Source: a virus
Reading direction: 5' to 3' (one strand)
DNA: 64,000 nt
IMG/VR virus record: IMGVR_UViG_3300033571_014591
Location: 4,185-68,184 of that record
Shown here in pieces: positions 8,842 to 18,156 of the stretch (the first letter of the stretch is position 1; the number at the start of each line of letters is the position of its first letter). Under the pieces are notes generated by a model, which did not search any database, was not told the origin of the DNA, and saw nothing but the letters and a program-made list of their open reading frames with translations. The position numbers and the translations under genes were made by a program.

Positions 8842-9359
8842 CGGTCCTCCGGTGTCTGGGGTGACGTGGGGGTGAGGGCCGCTTTCGCGCAGTCCCGTAG
8901 CCATGCCCCTTCGTCGGTATCGCCACACAACGTGGCGTTAGCGATATGAGTCAACGCCTGCTCCACGGCGGTGAGGCGCGAGCGCACCTGCGTGAGTTCG
9001 GCGGCTTCAGCCTCGGACTTCGCCACCATCGCGTCACGCTCCTGCTGCCACTCGGCCTGCTCTTTCGCGTGGTCTGTCCCGTGGTAGGACTCGCGCCACA
9101 TGTCCCGTTCCGCCTTCAGGTCCGCGATCTCCTGCGCCTGCGCCGCGAGGGCGTCACGGTGCTGCTGGCGTTCGCGGGTGAGGATGGCACGGCCGCCCTC
9201 AATGATCTGCCGCAACTCCTTCGCCACTGACGGCACCAGCGGATAGCGTGGCCCTCCAGCCTGTTGTCCACCAGGAGGACGCAGCGCGTTTGCCTCTACC
9301 CACTCCGCGAGGTATTCCCACGGGTCGATCGGCTCGGGGGTGTCCTTAGTCTCCGTCAT
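8838..9359 (-). CDS. Coiled-coil hypothetical protein
   Basis: ATG at 9359 overlapping the upstream stop; GC-rich block. Confidence 0.6.
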   Translation of the reverse strand: MTETKDTPEPIDPWEYLAEWVEANALRPPGGQQAGGPRYPLVPSVAKELRQIIEGGRAILTRERQQHRDALAAQAQEIADLKAERDMWRESYHGTDHAKEQAEWQQERDAMVAKSEAEAAELTQVRSRLTAVEQALTHIANATLCGDTDEGAWLRDCAKAALTPTSPQTPEDR

Positions 9360-9760
9360 CGGCGCTCTCCTGTCAGGCGGGTGATCTCCAACGGTTTGCC
9401 GCAGTAGGGGCAATGCTTCCACATGTCGTTTACCCGCTGATGGAACGCTTGCGGACTCGACGCCGACGCGCAGCCGTTCGTCCACGCCCCGGCCATCTCC
9501 TGATGCCACTCGCATGTCTCCTGCGCCGTCACGGTCGCCTGCGCCTCAAGGAGGCGGCGGGTCAGCTCGGCCCGTTCGTCCAGCCAGCTTTCCCGCTCCT
9601 CGGCGTGATTGGCCTCGACCTGGGCGCGGGTGGTGTCTACCGCATCTGCGTGGTAGAGCGTGGCTTCCGTCGCACCGCTCTGGAGGTCGCTCATCAGCAG
9701 TAACTTGAATGGCTTCACTGCGTCCCACGGGGACGGCTGCTTGTCACTTAAAGTGGTCAT
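9356..9760 (-). CDS. Hypothetical protein with C-terminal zinc ribbon
   Basis: Coiled coil followed by CEW...C...HCPYCG. Confidence 0.6.
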   Translation of the reverse strand: MTTLSDKQPSPWDAVKPFKLLLMSDLQSGATEATLYHADAVDTTRAQVEANHAEERESWLDERAELTRRLLEAQATVTAQETCEWHQEMAGAWTNGCASASSPQAFHQRVNDMWKHCPYCGKPLEITRLTGERR

Positions 9761-10044
9761 CTATCACCCCGGTTCCAGTAGGTATTCCACACGGCAGTTC
9801 TGACTGTTCGGGGCAGCTGGGCCTCATGGAGGGCTCTTTCAAGTGAAAGCTTACGGCCCTGCTCTTTACTGAAGATGTCCTCCTTAAGGCAGGCTGCGAG
9901 GGAATTAAAGTCCTCTCCGTTCACCCTGAGGAGGCAACTTGTAATGTCTGTAATGACCTTACCCGGTTTCACCTCAAAATTAGCGTCTCTGGTGTGCCGA
10001 AATGTAAACTCAACCTCATATGGTCCGACGACTGTTTTAAACAT
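9757..10044 (-). CDS. Hypothetical phage protein
   Basis: ATG at 10044; A-C..ED.FSK..GRKLSL.RA motif. Confidence 0.6.
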   Translation of the reverse strand: MFKTVVGPYEVEFTFRHTRDANFEVKPGKVITDITSCLLRVNGEDFNSLAACLKEDIFSKEQGRKLSLERALHEAQLPRTVRTAVWNTYWNRGDR

Positions 10045-10285
10045 TTTTAGCCCCTCTAGAATTGTACATTCCGTACTTAGATGCCCACATCTTGGCAGCC
10101 TGCTCCAAATCACCCCGTAGAAGCTCTTTATGGGCTCTACAGACGACTTTCTTTCCGCACCGGTATATCCCCCTACCCCCGCAGACATCGCACGTCTTAC
10201 GCCAGTATGGGGCGTCTGGCGGGGGTCCGGCAATTTGGTCAGCTGGCTGCCTCCAAAACTGCTTGCCACCTTTCTTATTCGCCAC
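10037..10285 (-). CDS. Small zinc-finger protein
   Basis: CDVC...CRAH. Confidence 0.5.
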   Translation of the reverse strand: MANKKGGKQFWRQPADQIAGPPPDAPYWRKTCDVCGGRGIYRCGKKVVCRAHKELLRGDLEQAAKMWASKYGMYNSRGAKNV

Positions 10286-10451
10286 GGGGATCCTTTCTGT
10301 TGAGCCACGCCTTAAGGTGCATTAAGTCTAAAGCCGCATAAACCCTGCCCAGCTCGTCAATAAGCTTAACTGCCTTGGCACAGGTCGCTGAGCAGGCTTG
10401 CTGGTTATCCACAATGGGCTCGAACAGACTTTTGCACACTTTACACCTCAT
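10275..10451 (-). CDS. Small zinc-finger protein
   Basis: GGAGG RBS; CKVC...CSATC. Confidence 0.55.
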   Translation of the reverse strand: MRCKVCKSLFEPIVDNQQACSATCAKAVKLIDELGRVYAALDLMHLKAWLNRKDPRGE

Positions 10452-10471
10452 CGTGACTCCTCCAAACCTGC

Positions 10472-10745
10472 TTGGCCACATTTGGCCAGTCCGTGGCCAA
10501 TTTTGCTGAAATCATCAGATTTGCTGAATAAAAACGCGATTGGCCACGCTATTGGCCATTTTCAGGATTTGGCCAGTCACTTTCAAATTTCCTAATGCTT
10601 TCATCGATTTGACCCCCAAAAACGTGGCCAATTTCATTTCCAGAATTCTTTGGCCAATTGGCCAGCTCACTTGGCCAACTCGCCAAAACATTAGGAAAAC
10701 CACCACATTGGCCTACTGGCAGTGTTGGCCAGGCCAAGTGGCCAC
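10472..10745. repeat. Cluster of 12 TGGCCA palindromes; candidate replication origin
   Basis: Exact TGGCCA at about 10473, 10483, 10494, 10541, 10553, 10570, 10625, 10651, 10659, 10672, 10726 and 10739, with AT-rich spacers, in an intergenic gap downstream of the helicase. Confidence 0.8.
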
Positions 10746-10806
10746 TACTATATACTCTAAAGGATATTGTAGTAGGCCTTTTTAGAGCCTACACATACAA
10801 TAGATA

Positions 10807-11013
10807 CTACCTGTCTTGGTTGTATTCTTCCCATGTGTCACAGCCCCCGTCAGCGAGCCTCTGCAGGCGTTCGTGACGGGAGAGCCGTCTAGCCTCCACC
10901 TCACGCTTGATCTCGCTCCTACAGTCCCCGCAGAAGCCGTATGCGTCCATCCAGACGTCGATGTAGCTCATGCCGCAGCGGTTGCAGGGAACTTCTTCGC
11001 CTTCGATCTGCAT
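10807..11013 (-). CDS. Small zinc-finger protein
   Basis: CNRC...CGDC; AAGGA RBS. Confidence 0.55.
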   Translation of the reverse strand: MQIEGEEVPCNRCGMSYIDVWMDAYGFCGDCRSEIKREVEARRLSRHERLQRLADGGCDTWEEYNQDR

Positions 11014-11015
11014 AA

Positions 11016-11861
11016 TTAATCCTTCACTCGCCACCGGCGAGCAGTTCTGGCGCTGACGCCAAAGCGCTCGGCCACGGCGGTATCGATTTCCTTAAACTTT
11101 AAGCCCTTCTGGGTTAAATTATCAATTAACTCATCAGCCTGCTCAACCTGGTCATGAGTAGTAAACGTGCCGTCGTCCTGCTGGAAGATCCGCAGCTCCT
11201 CTTCAATGTCGCTACGTGCCTCAAATTTGAGACGTTTCTTTGTCATGTGAATGAGACAGTCAACCGCACCTGCCACACTCGACGCCCCTCTAGCCTTAGC
11301 TTCTTGGCCTTCTTGGATATTCTTGGCCTGATGGGTCAGGATCACCATAGCTGCCGGGTGGGTTAAATTGACAAATGTGTCATAAATAATAGCCATCTCA
11401 TCGTTATCGTTCTCCTTACAGCGGTGCATGCGGCGAAACGTGTCAATAATGACCAGCACAGGTTTAATGCGGTCAATCTCAGCCTTCACCCACATCAGGC
11501 ATTCCCTTGTCCTGATATCAAAGGGCATGGGCATATCTTCCATCTCACGGTCCATGATGTAGACATTATCCCGTGCCTTCTGACTGTTGACGTTTTTCAG
11601 GTAATTTTTAATCCACAAGCCCCGTGGGGTGTCGAGCTGGATGTACAGCACTGGCCCATGCTGACCAATCGCTTGGCCCAGATAATGTGTAATGGCATCA
11701 TCTGCCACGGCTTCAGCCAAGCTCAAAGCCAAGAAGGACTTACCAATCTTCTGGGCTGCAAACAACAGTGCAGCTCCGCTTTTGGGAACAATGCCGTCCC
11801 ACAACCACACCTCTTCTTTCTCTTGGAGTTTCTCGTACTCAGTAATTGAATAGGCTGGCAT
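11016..11861 (-). CDS. RepA/AAA_25-type RecA-fold helicase with C-terminal HTH
   Basis: WLWDGIVP, Walker A AAQKIGKS, VLYI, Walker B VIIDT, ENDN, RGASS...VD; C-terminal VAERFGVSARTARRW. Confidence 0.85.
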   Translation of the reverse strand: MPAYSITEYEKLQEKEEVWLWDGIVPKSGAALLFAAQKIGKSFLALSLAEAVADDAITHYLGQAIGQHGPVLYIQLDTPRGLWIKNYLKNVNSQKARDNVYIMDREMEDMPMPFDIRTRECLMWVKAEIDRIKPVLVIIDTFRRMHRCKENDNDEMAIIYDTFVNLTHPAAMVILTHQAKNIQEGQEAKARGASSVAGAVDCLIHMTKKRLKFEARSDIEEELRIFQQDDGTFTTHDQVEQADELIDNLTQKGLKFKEIDTAVAERFGVSARTARRWRVKD

Positions 11862-11882
11862 TTAGGTACCTGGGGAATAGGA

Positions 11883-12530
11883 TTACATTACCAAAGATGT
11901 TACAGGGACTCTTTCAGGTTTGGGCACGGGCCACACTAACCCCATTTGCTGCCGGGTTACCTTTGCCATGCCTGTCACATTCAGCTTCTCATCTTCTCGG
12001 TGAAAGACAAAGCCCTCAATCTCTGGAGACTCTTCTAGTTCCTGCTTGATGGCGTTAAAGAATGCAGCAGGGCTGACGTCTTCGCCACGGCAAACAATCG
12101 TTTTATGCTCCTGTACAACAAGCTGATGAGTAATAGGCATAAACGATGCCATCAAGGTCTTGCTCAGTCTATGCGGATTGCCGTTAATTGCAGCGCCGTA
12201 AACAAGATACTTGCCCATCTTTCTCGTAGGCATTGAATCGAAGGCTTCCCACACGGCACCACCACTGGGAGAGTTTCTAAACAGCCGTTCATCGGGCAGT
12301 CCATTTGAGTGCAGCCGGTGAATAGTCCAGCACGTGCCCTTTTGATCCCACCCAACCTCAACAGCAATGCTGTCAAGCTTGATGGTCATCAATGAACCGT
12401 TCAACTTAGCCCACTCACTACCAGGAAACAACTCAGGCTTCGCCATACCTTGCAGATCAGACTTAAAGAGATTAGATACAGTTATTGGCATTGTTGTCCT
12501 CATATTAAAGTGGCCCATCCCCTGGGGCAT
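11883..12530 (-). CDS. RNA-ligase-like nucleotidyltransferase (RLIG1/DUF5565-like), divergent
   Basis: Motif I-like TIKLDS, G..INGNP, motif IV EGFVFH, motif V MAKV. Start may be about 12491. Confidence 0.6.
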   Translation of the reverse strand: MPQGMGHFNMRTTMPITVSNLFKSDLQGMAKPELFPGSEWAKLNGSLMTIKLDSIAVEVGWDQKGTCWTIHRLHSNGLPDERLFRNSPSGGAVWEAFDSMPTRKMGKYLVYGAAINGNPHRLSKTLMASFMPITHQLVVQEHKTIVCRGEDVSPAAFFNAIKQELEESPEIEGFVFHREDEKLNVTGMAKVTRQQMGLVWPVPKPERVPVTSLVM

Positions 12531-12613
12531 CCTGCTTTACAGTACAGGAAGAAAGGATGAGCCACTATCCTGTGGGTTATTAGCTTCCCAGCCCCCACAG
12601 AATCTGATTAAAT

Positions 12614-12699
12614 TGGTGCGCCCAGCAGGAGTCGAACCTGCACGACCGTAAGGCCAGCAGATTTTAAGTCTGCAGTGTCTGCCGTTCCACCATGAGCGC
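12614..12699 (-). tRNA. tRNA-Leu(UAA), type II, CCA encoded
   Basis: GCGCTCA/TGGGCGC acceptor stem, TGGTGGAACGG D region, GCAGA-CTTAAAA-TCTGC anticodon arm, long variable arm, GGTTCGACTCC, ACCA end. Confidence 0.95.
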
Positions 12700-13023
12700 C
12701 TTCTGCTCTGCATCTTGGAGTCGTCCAAGTAGTTCCTTCAGCTTGGCTCCCGTGCGCTTGGAGCCACCGTAATAGATGAACTCTTCTTCGGTCAATTGCA
12801 ACAGGTGCAATTGGTCAGGCGTAAATCCGGCCTCCAGCAGGATAACAGCAGCAGCTCTAGCCAGCTTTTTGCGGCGAGCCATCACACCCTTCATCCCGGC
12901 AGCCTTTGCAGTAAATACATTTAATTTGTGCCCAGCGCCACTCTGCTGGGACTTTTGCCCACCCTTTCGCCCGATTAATCGCTTGGCTTCTTTGGTGAGT
13001 GATGCGAATCCTTTATTTGACAT
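12664..13023 (-). CDS. KGG-motif (stress-induced, YciG/Con-10-like) basic protein
   Basis: NKGFASL...IGRKGG...GH...AKAAGMKG; 3' end runs into the tRNA. Confidence 0.7.
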   Translation of the reverse strand: MSNKGFASLTKEAKRLIGRKGGQKSQQSGAGHKLNVFTAKAAGMKGVMARRKKLARAAAVILLEAGFTPDQLHLLQLTEEEFIYYGGSKRTGAKLKELLGRLQDAEQKALMVERQTLQT

Positions 13024-13105
13024 GATTGAGTGCCCTTGGAGGTTCAATGCGGAAAGCCCCCACAAGCCCAGTCAGGCCTGCAGGGGCAATCCCATCTTAC
13101 ACTAA

Positions 13106-13393
13106 TTACAGCTCGGACTTGCTGATTGCACGAACAACAGTGGTGTTGTCCGCGATGTACAGCACCTGATCATCAGGATCAAATCCGTCAATGTAGCTAA
13201 ACCGGCTCGACGGCTTGACCACAGTTGCTGGCCCATACTTGGTATTGATGCGGTCGCCAGGAAAAACCTCAGTGCTCCCCAGAGAGTTCACCTGAAGCTG
13301 ACCCTGACCCACAACAGTCAGCACAGAACCCACCGGCAGGTTGTTGATTACAGAGTTACCGGTCTTGAAAATCTCATTGAGGCTAGCCATCAT
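13106..13393 (-). CDS. Hypothetical protein
   Basis: AAGGAG RBS; track ORF. Confidence 0.6.
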   Translation of the reverse strand: MMASLNEIFKTGNSVINNLPVGSVLTVVGQGQLQVNSLGSTEVFPGDRINTKYGPATVVKPSSRFSYIDGFDPDDQVLYIADNTTVVRAISKSEL

Positions 13394-13477
13394 TCATTCT
13401 CCTTTAAGTGGACACCGAAACCCGGAGGGGAGCGGAATTGCCCCCATCCTTAGGTGTCATCGTCGCCGCGACCGAAT

Positions 13478-14716
13478 CTAAAACTGCTTACCGAGGGCTC
13501 GCTCAACCTTGGTAGAACTGTAGTCCCAAGCTTTCCAGTCCTGATGACTGTTGATCGTACAGTTCACCTTGATGCAGCCTTCGTGAATACATTCTTCTAC
13601 AAACACAACACCGTTGACAGTCCTGACATCACGCCCACTTGAGATAGCGTCTGCAAGTTTACTGCCAACTGAAACATTGTGCTTCTTGCTCGCTGGATAA
13701 TACACAGTAGTGTTCTTATCCTTGCTGCCGTTGCTGTGGTAATACCTGGCGTACTCACTGGTGTCAGCAACACTATCTCCCCAGCCAGCATAACGGGCTG
13801 TAGTGTTACTGTGAGACGGCTTGTTTGCCAGTGCATAATTAATGTCCTCATTGAGATCAATAATCAGCTTGGCATTCACGTCAGGGCGCTTCTCAGCTTC
13901 AACCAGCTCAGCTTCCATGCGCTGTACATACAACTCATGCAGATACCGTTCCTGCCCAATAGTCTCGATTGCCTTATGGCAGTGCTCAGTTCTCACAGTC
14001 TCGACAGCGCTATAGTAGTCCACACCGTTAGTGATCATGAACGATGCTAGACATGTACCAGTGCGGCCATGACCGCCCATACAGGCAATCACAGTCTTTG
14101 CAGGCAGCTGCTCCCACAATGATTGCCAGAAGGCCAGACCCACAGGGGGAATACCCATGTCAGTCCAGTAAAGCCTAAGCACCTCAGAGGGCAGCTCACG
14201 CTCCTTGCCCACATACTTACTCAGCTCCTTAAAGCGTGCAGGGGCAGCAGTGGAGATAAACGGCGCAGTATTTGGTACAGACACCACACCGGCAAGATCA
14301 ATAATCAGCTGCCACTTGCCGCTCCACTCATCAAGACTGCTGTTGTTGCTGGCACACAACTGCTTGCCCTGGGATTCAAAGATGACTTTGTCTCCCTTAT
14401 GGCTGCATGACTTATAGCTCGTCGTTGTGCTTGAATATGGGCTGCCAGTAGTCACTGTGCTAGCTACTGTATTAGTGCCATTCTTGATGGCTTCGGGCAA
14501 TGTAATCACTTTGTCTTCTCCATCAACCAGCACCAGCATACCGATGCAACCCTTCTCAGAGCACTGGGATCCGATAAAGTCTGCATCAAACTCATACTCT
14601 TGTTCGCATTCGTCGCAGACAAGAGCGATCTCACCCTCATCTGCCATGTCAGCCAAAAGTGCTGCATTGATTTCGTCAAACTCAGGATTCAGGCTGCTAC
14701 TCTTATGCTTAGCCAA
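13478..14716 (-). CDS. Cys-based (CX5R) protein tyrosine/dual-specificity-type phosphatase with N-terminal zinc ribbon
   Basis: WTDMGIP loop, IACMGGHGRTG, AIETIGQE Q-loop; CDEC...CSEKGC at the N-terminus. Confidence 0.85.
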   Translation of the reverse strand: MAKHKSSSLNPEFDEINAALLADMADEGEIALVCDECEQEYEFDADFIGSQCSEKGCIGMLVLVDGEDKVITLPEAIKNGTNTVASTVTTGSPYSSTTTSYKSCSHKGDKVIFESQGKQLCASNNSSLDEWSGKWQLIIDLAGVVSVPNTAPFISTAAPARFKELSKYVGKERELPSEVLRLYWTDMGIPPVGLAFWQSLWEQLPAKTVIACMGGHGRTGTCLASFMITNGVDYYSAVETVRTEHCHKAIETIGQERYLHELYVQRMEAELVEAEKRPDVNAKLIIDLNEDINYALANKPSHSNTTARYAGWGDSVADTSEYARYYHSNGSKDKNTTVYYPASKKHNVSVGSKLADAISSGRDVRTVNGVVFVEECIHEGCIKVNCTINSHQDWKAWDYSSTKVERALGKQF

Positions 14717-17267
14717 GGATAAACTCTCCAGTCTTTAAGTCCAGCCTGAACCTCACGTCCAGTTGACCCTGATATAGGGTAATGAAGCCCACATCGTGAA
14801 TAACCAAGAGCGGCCAATAGTTATACACTCCGCTGCCACTCCAGCTCACAAGGGGAGTTTCACTGCCCTCATAGATTGCCTCTGCGACTGACGGCTTAAA
14901 GTACCCAGAAGGTACAAACACTGAACGACTAAGGTACTTATTAGCTACACCGTCCACAGTGAACTGCACATGAACCCCAATGACTTGCTTAAGATCATGG
15001 TTAATCGTGAAATTGCACTGTGCCTGCTGCACTGTAGTAAACGAGGGCACTGAAGAGTTAATATTCTTCCATGCAATGTTATCTCCAGGATTCACCTTAA
15101 TCGGCGGCCATGAGCTAACATCATGAGATTTATGACTACCGCTCGGCATGTTCTTAAACGAAGGCACAGGCTTCACATAAGGCGTTAAATCCTCATCCTC
15201 GTCGTAATCTTCACCGTCATCGTCATCTTCGCTAGGGTCATCGTCGTCATCACTAGTGCTTGACCCCATTATCTTGTACTTCGTGGTGCACTCACCGTTC
15301 TCAGCCCACCCAAGTGTAGAGAAGCAAGTAACGCCGCTTTTCTGATCAGAACAAGTGCGCCCCACAGTTTCCTCTTCAGTGAAGTCATACTTTGTATGGC
15401 ACAATGGGCAGATGGCACCTGTGTAATCCTTAAACTGCTCAGGGAGCTCAAGGATAGAGCATGCATAATTATCAGCTGGGGCATTCTTCTGAGCATTGCC
15501 CATATACACAGTTTGGTCTACACTACTCTTGGCTAACTGTACCTGAAGCTTGCCGCCAGGTTTTGCTTCAATCACTGAGCACTTGCCCCACTCAGCAATC
15601 AGCTCATCTACAGCACTGCCCAGATCAGTTCGCTTCATCTTGTACATGCATGCAGCCGCCACAGACAGCGTAATCAGTGACTGCGACGATGCAAGGTCAA
15701 ACCAAGACTTCTCGATGAACTTATTGAGCCACCAGCCACCATTGTGAGCCTGATTGACAGCAACATTCAGCGCGCTCACAACCTTAGCCACTGCCTCATC
15801 TGACGGCTGATTGATCAGCTGCAGAATAGCTGCATCAAGATCAATGATGCTCTGCGTGCAGCGTGCCCACGCCTTGCCGCCGTATGAGCTGCTCCACTTA
15901 AGGTTTTCAAACATCCACTGAGCTGTGCCCAACGTATTGCGGCTGCCCATGAAATCCTTCAGGGCCACCCTGTAGACAAACCCACGCATTGAGCCCATAT
16001 CAGTGAGCTTATGGCGTGCCTCACCGTGCGATGCAGCCATGCCAGCTCGCATCATGATTGATGCACTGACGCCCAGCCAAAAACCATGATCAGCACTCAT
16101 GGCACCAGCATTATGCAGCGTAGTCATCATGCTAATCAGTGCTGCATCAATCTTCAGGACATCAGATGACTTTGTTAGCCCCTTCAGCTCAAGAGGTATC
16201 ACAGCACCGCAACCCAAACCGCGAATAACAGATTGCGGATCCGGCGTAGGTGTTACTGATACAGCCTCCAGCACCTCACCGATGCTTGGACGACGCGATG
16301 TAAAGCACGGCACCTTGTTGTAGAGACAGTGCACACCGTAGTGACTAATAAGCGTGCCGCCCAGCTTCACCACCACTGTACCTGGGCTGATAGTCTTTAC
16401 TTGCTTCTCCCATTCGAGCAGATCACCCTCAGCATCAATGACTGCTGTGACACGAACAGGATGCGGCACATAATCAGCACCCACAGCGCTTGGAATGCGT
16501 ACACCAGAGCGAATCTGTGTGAAGAAGGGGCGCGTGACTTCATTAGTTAGCACCACCTCCACATACGGATCCTCATCGGGCTTAATCCCTGCACGTGTTG
16601 TCAGTGCATTTGCGCTGTCTTCATTGAACCCGCTGCCCACTAGAGGAATAGAGATGCTCTCATAGCCAGCCGTAGCACCGTCATGGTTTGGGCCAACTGC
16701 CATGCGCGACGGTGTAATGATGACGTTGTACATTGCATCCACAAACGGTAGCAGCAGCAATTCTGCCGCATGCTCTTCGTCAGCTTCGTTGGCTGCATTG
16801 AAGATATGCCGAATCTGTGCAGCAAAGTTCGCCAAACGCTCATCGTAGGTAAGAATGCCACCACTCTTGAACTCTACAATGCGTGATTCCTCAAAGCCGT
16901 GGCGAGCACGCACAGGGCAAGGGCGCACAAACAACCGATGAATACCCTTACCAACTGCAGCTTTCACCACTTCCTCGATATCGCTATCCTCGAGGACAAT
17001 GAAATAGGGATTAGGAACATTCAATCCCCTATGCGCCAGTGCCACAAAACCCTTAGCCTTCTGAGTGCGTGTCCTCAGATGCTTGTACTTCATTGCAGTC
17101 TTGGAGTCGAACACACCCAAGTCAATAAAGCAGCAACTTGGCGTGTGACAGACTGCACAAACATTGCACAGTGGCATGTCACACTCAAGACAATGCTTAA
17201 TCTTGCTAGACCTCAGCGGGGGAGCAGCCACGTTTCCTGCAAGTGGAACTGATGTGTTAGTTTGCAT
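14709..17267 (-). CDS. Large PEP-utiliser/PPDK-like protein (ATP-grasp-like region, phospho-His swivel domain, unknown C-terminal domains)
   Basis: KAKG...L...GLNVP, FVRPCP and TQIR resemble the PPDK nucleotide-binding domain; PGTVVV..GGTLISHYGVHC...VPC resembles the PEP-utiliser mobile domain. Confidence 0.65.
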   Translation of the reverse strand: MQTNTSVPLAGNVAAPPLRSSKIKHCLECDMPLCNVCAVCHTPSCCFIDLGVFDSKTAMKYKHLRTRTQKAKGFVALAHRGLNVPNPYFIVLEDSDIEEVVKAAVGKGIHRLFVRPCPVRARHGFEESRIVEFKSGGILTYDERLANFAAQIRHIFNAANEADEEHAAELLLLPFVDAMYNVIITPSRMAVGPNHDGATAGYESISIPLVGSGFNEDSANALTTRAGIKPDEDPYVEVVLTNEVTRPFFTQIRSGVRIPSAVGADYVPHPVRVTAVIDAEGDLLEWEKQVKTISPGTVVVKLGGTLISHYGVHCLYNKVPCFTSRRPSIGEVLEAVSVTPTPDPQSVIRGLGCGAVIPLELKGLTKSSDVLKIDAALISMMTTLHNAGAMSADHGFWLGVSASIMMRAGMAASHGEARHKLTDMGSMRGFVYRVALKDFMGSRNTLGTAQWMFENLKWSSSYGGKAWARCTQSIIDLDAAILQLINQPSDEAVAKVVSALNVAVNQAHNGGWWLNKFIEKSWFDLASSQSLITLSVAAACMYKMKRTDLGSAVDELIAEWGKCSVIEAKPGGKLQVQLAKSSVDQTVYMGNAQKNAPADNYACSILELPEQFKDYTGAICPLCHTKYDFTEEETVGRTCSDQKSGVTCFSTLGWAENGECTTKYKIMGSSTSDDDDDPSEDDDDGEDYDEDEDLTPYVKPVPSFKNMPSGSHKSHDVSSWPPIKVNPGDNIAWKNINSSVPSFTTVQQAQCNFTINHDLKQVIGVHVQFTVDGVANKYLSRSVFVPSGYFKPSVAEAIYEGSETPLVSWSGSGVYNYWPLLVIHDVGFITLYQGQLDVRFRLDLKTGEFILG

Positions 17268-17643
17268 GCTTGTTCACCTTCACATTCAAGTCACGATGAA
17301 TTACTTTTACTTCAATTCCCTGGTCAGCTGCCCACTTTGCTAGCAGCTCAACGATAGCGACCGATCGATGCCTGCCACCATGACAGCCAATGGTGAGGTT
17401 ATGACCGTACATCCTCAACTGGAACGTCAGATTGTCAATCAATGCCCGTGTTCGCTTGCACCGCATCAGGTAATCCTGAATCTCTGTATGCGTGCCGTCA
17501 AGCGCACGATATGCCTTAACGCGCCACGGATTGATTACCGTGTTAACAACATTGATGTTCTTGGTGAGGTTAAAAGTATAGTTTGGATCATGCTCAATTT
17601 TAGGCACGCCATTCTTCACTGAATAACTCATGAGTGTGATCAT
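17257..17643 (-). CDS. Stand-alone RapZ C-terminal-domain protein
   Basis: LMSYS, NP...LDG, TIGCHGGRHRSVAIVE, HRDL. Confidence 0.85.
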   Translation of the reverse strand: MITLMSYSVKNGVPKIEHDPNYTFNLTKNINVVNTVINPWRVKAYRALDGTHTEIQDYLMRCKRTRALIDNLTFQLRMYGHNLTIGCHGGRHRSVAIVELLAKWAADQGIEVKVIHRDLNVKVNKHAN

Positions 17644-17792
17644 TTATGCACCTCCTGCCCAACTAATGCGGTACCCACACCCGTAATAGGGCATGTTCAT
17701 TGGGCAATACACGTAGATCTTCAAGTTAATCCTTTCGAGTATCATGTTGTGCCCACAGCTAGGGCATTTGCCCATGACAATTACCTCAGGTT

Positions 17793-18143
17793 CTACCACA
17801 GACTTATCTTTTGCCATGAATGACCCTTGGATTCTATCCAGACAAACCGAATCCCCCTTTTGGTTACACGATTAGCGCAATCAGCACAAGGAAACGAAAC
17901 AACAACTGCACCGTTTCGTTTTCGTCTACCGGCAATGGCAATAGAAGCACCCTCTAATCTGGATTTATTGCTTCTACGGATTGCATGCGCTTCGGCGTGT
18001 TCACCAAACCCGTCAGGGCCAGCAGAATTCCATCCCCATGCAAACACTCCATGCTTATCAAAGATGACCGCAGCCACCTGAACTGCACAAATGCTACGCT
18101 TGGTAAGATCAACTGCTAGCTCTGACGGGCTCAATTTCTTCAT
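17793..18143 (-). CDS. Cytidine/dCMP deaminase-family protein
   Basis: VAAVI, GWN, HAE, PCADC. Confidence 0.85.
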   Translation of the reverse strand: MKKLSPSELAVDLTKRSICAVQVAAVIFDKHGVFAWGWNSAGPDGFGEHAEAHAIRRSNKSRLEGASIAIAGRRKRNGAVVVSFPCADCANRVTKRGIRFVWIESKGHSWQKISLW

Positions 18144-18156
18144 GATTTAACTCAGA

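Noticed and set aside
10398-10876. Short ORFs over the TGGCCA cluster
   Set aside because: WP/LA/GQ-rich products are translations of the palindromes.
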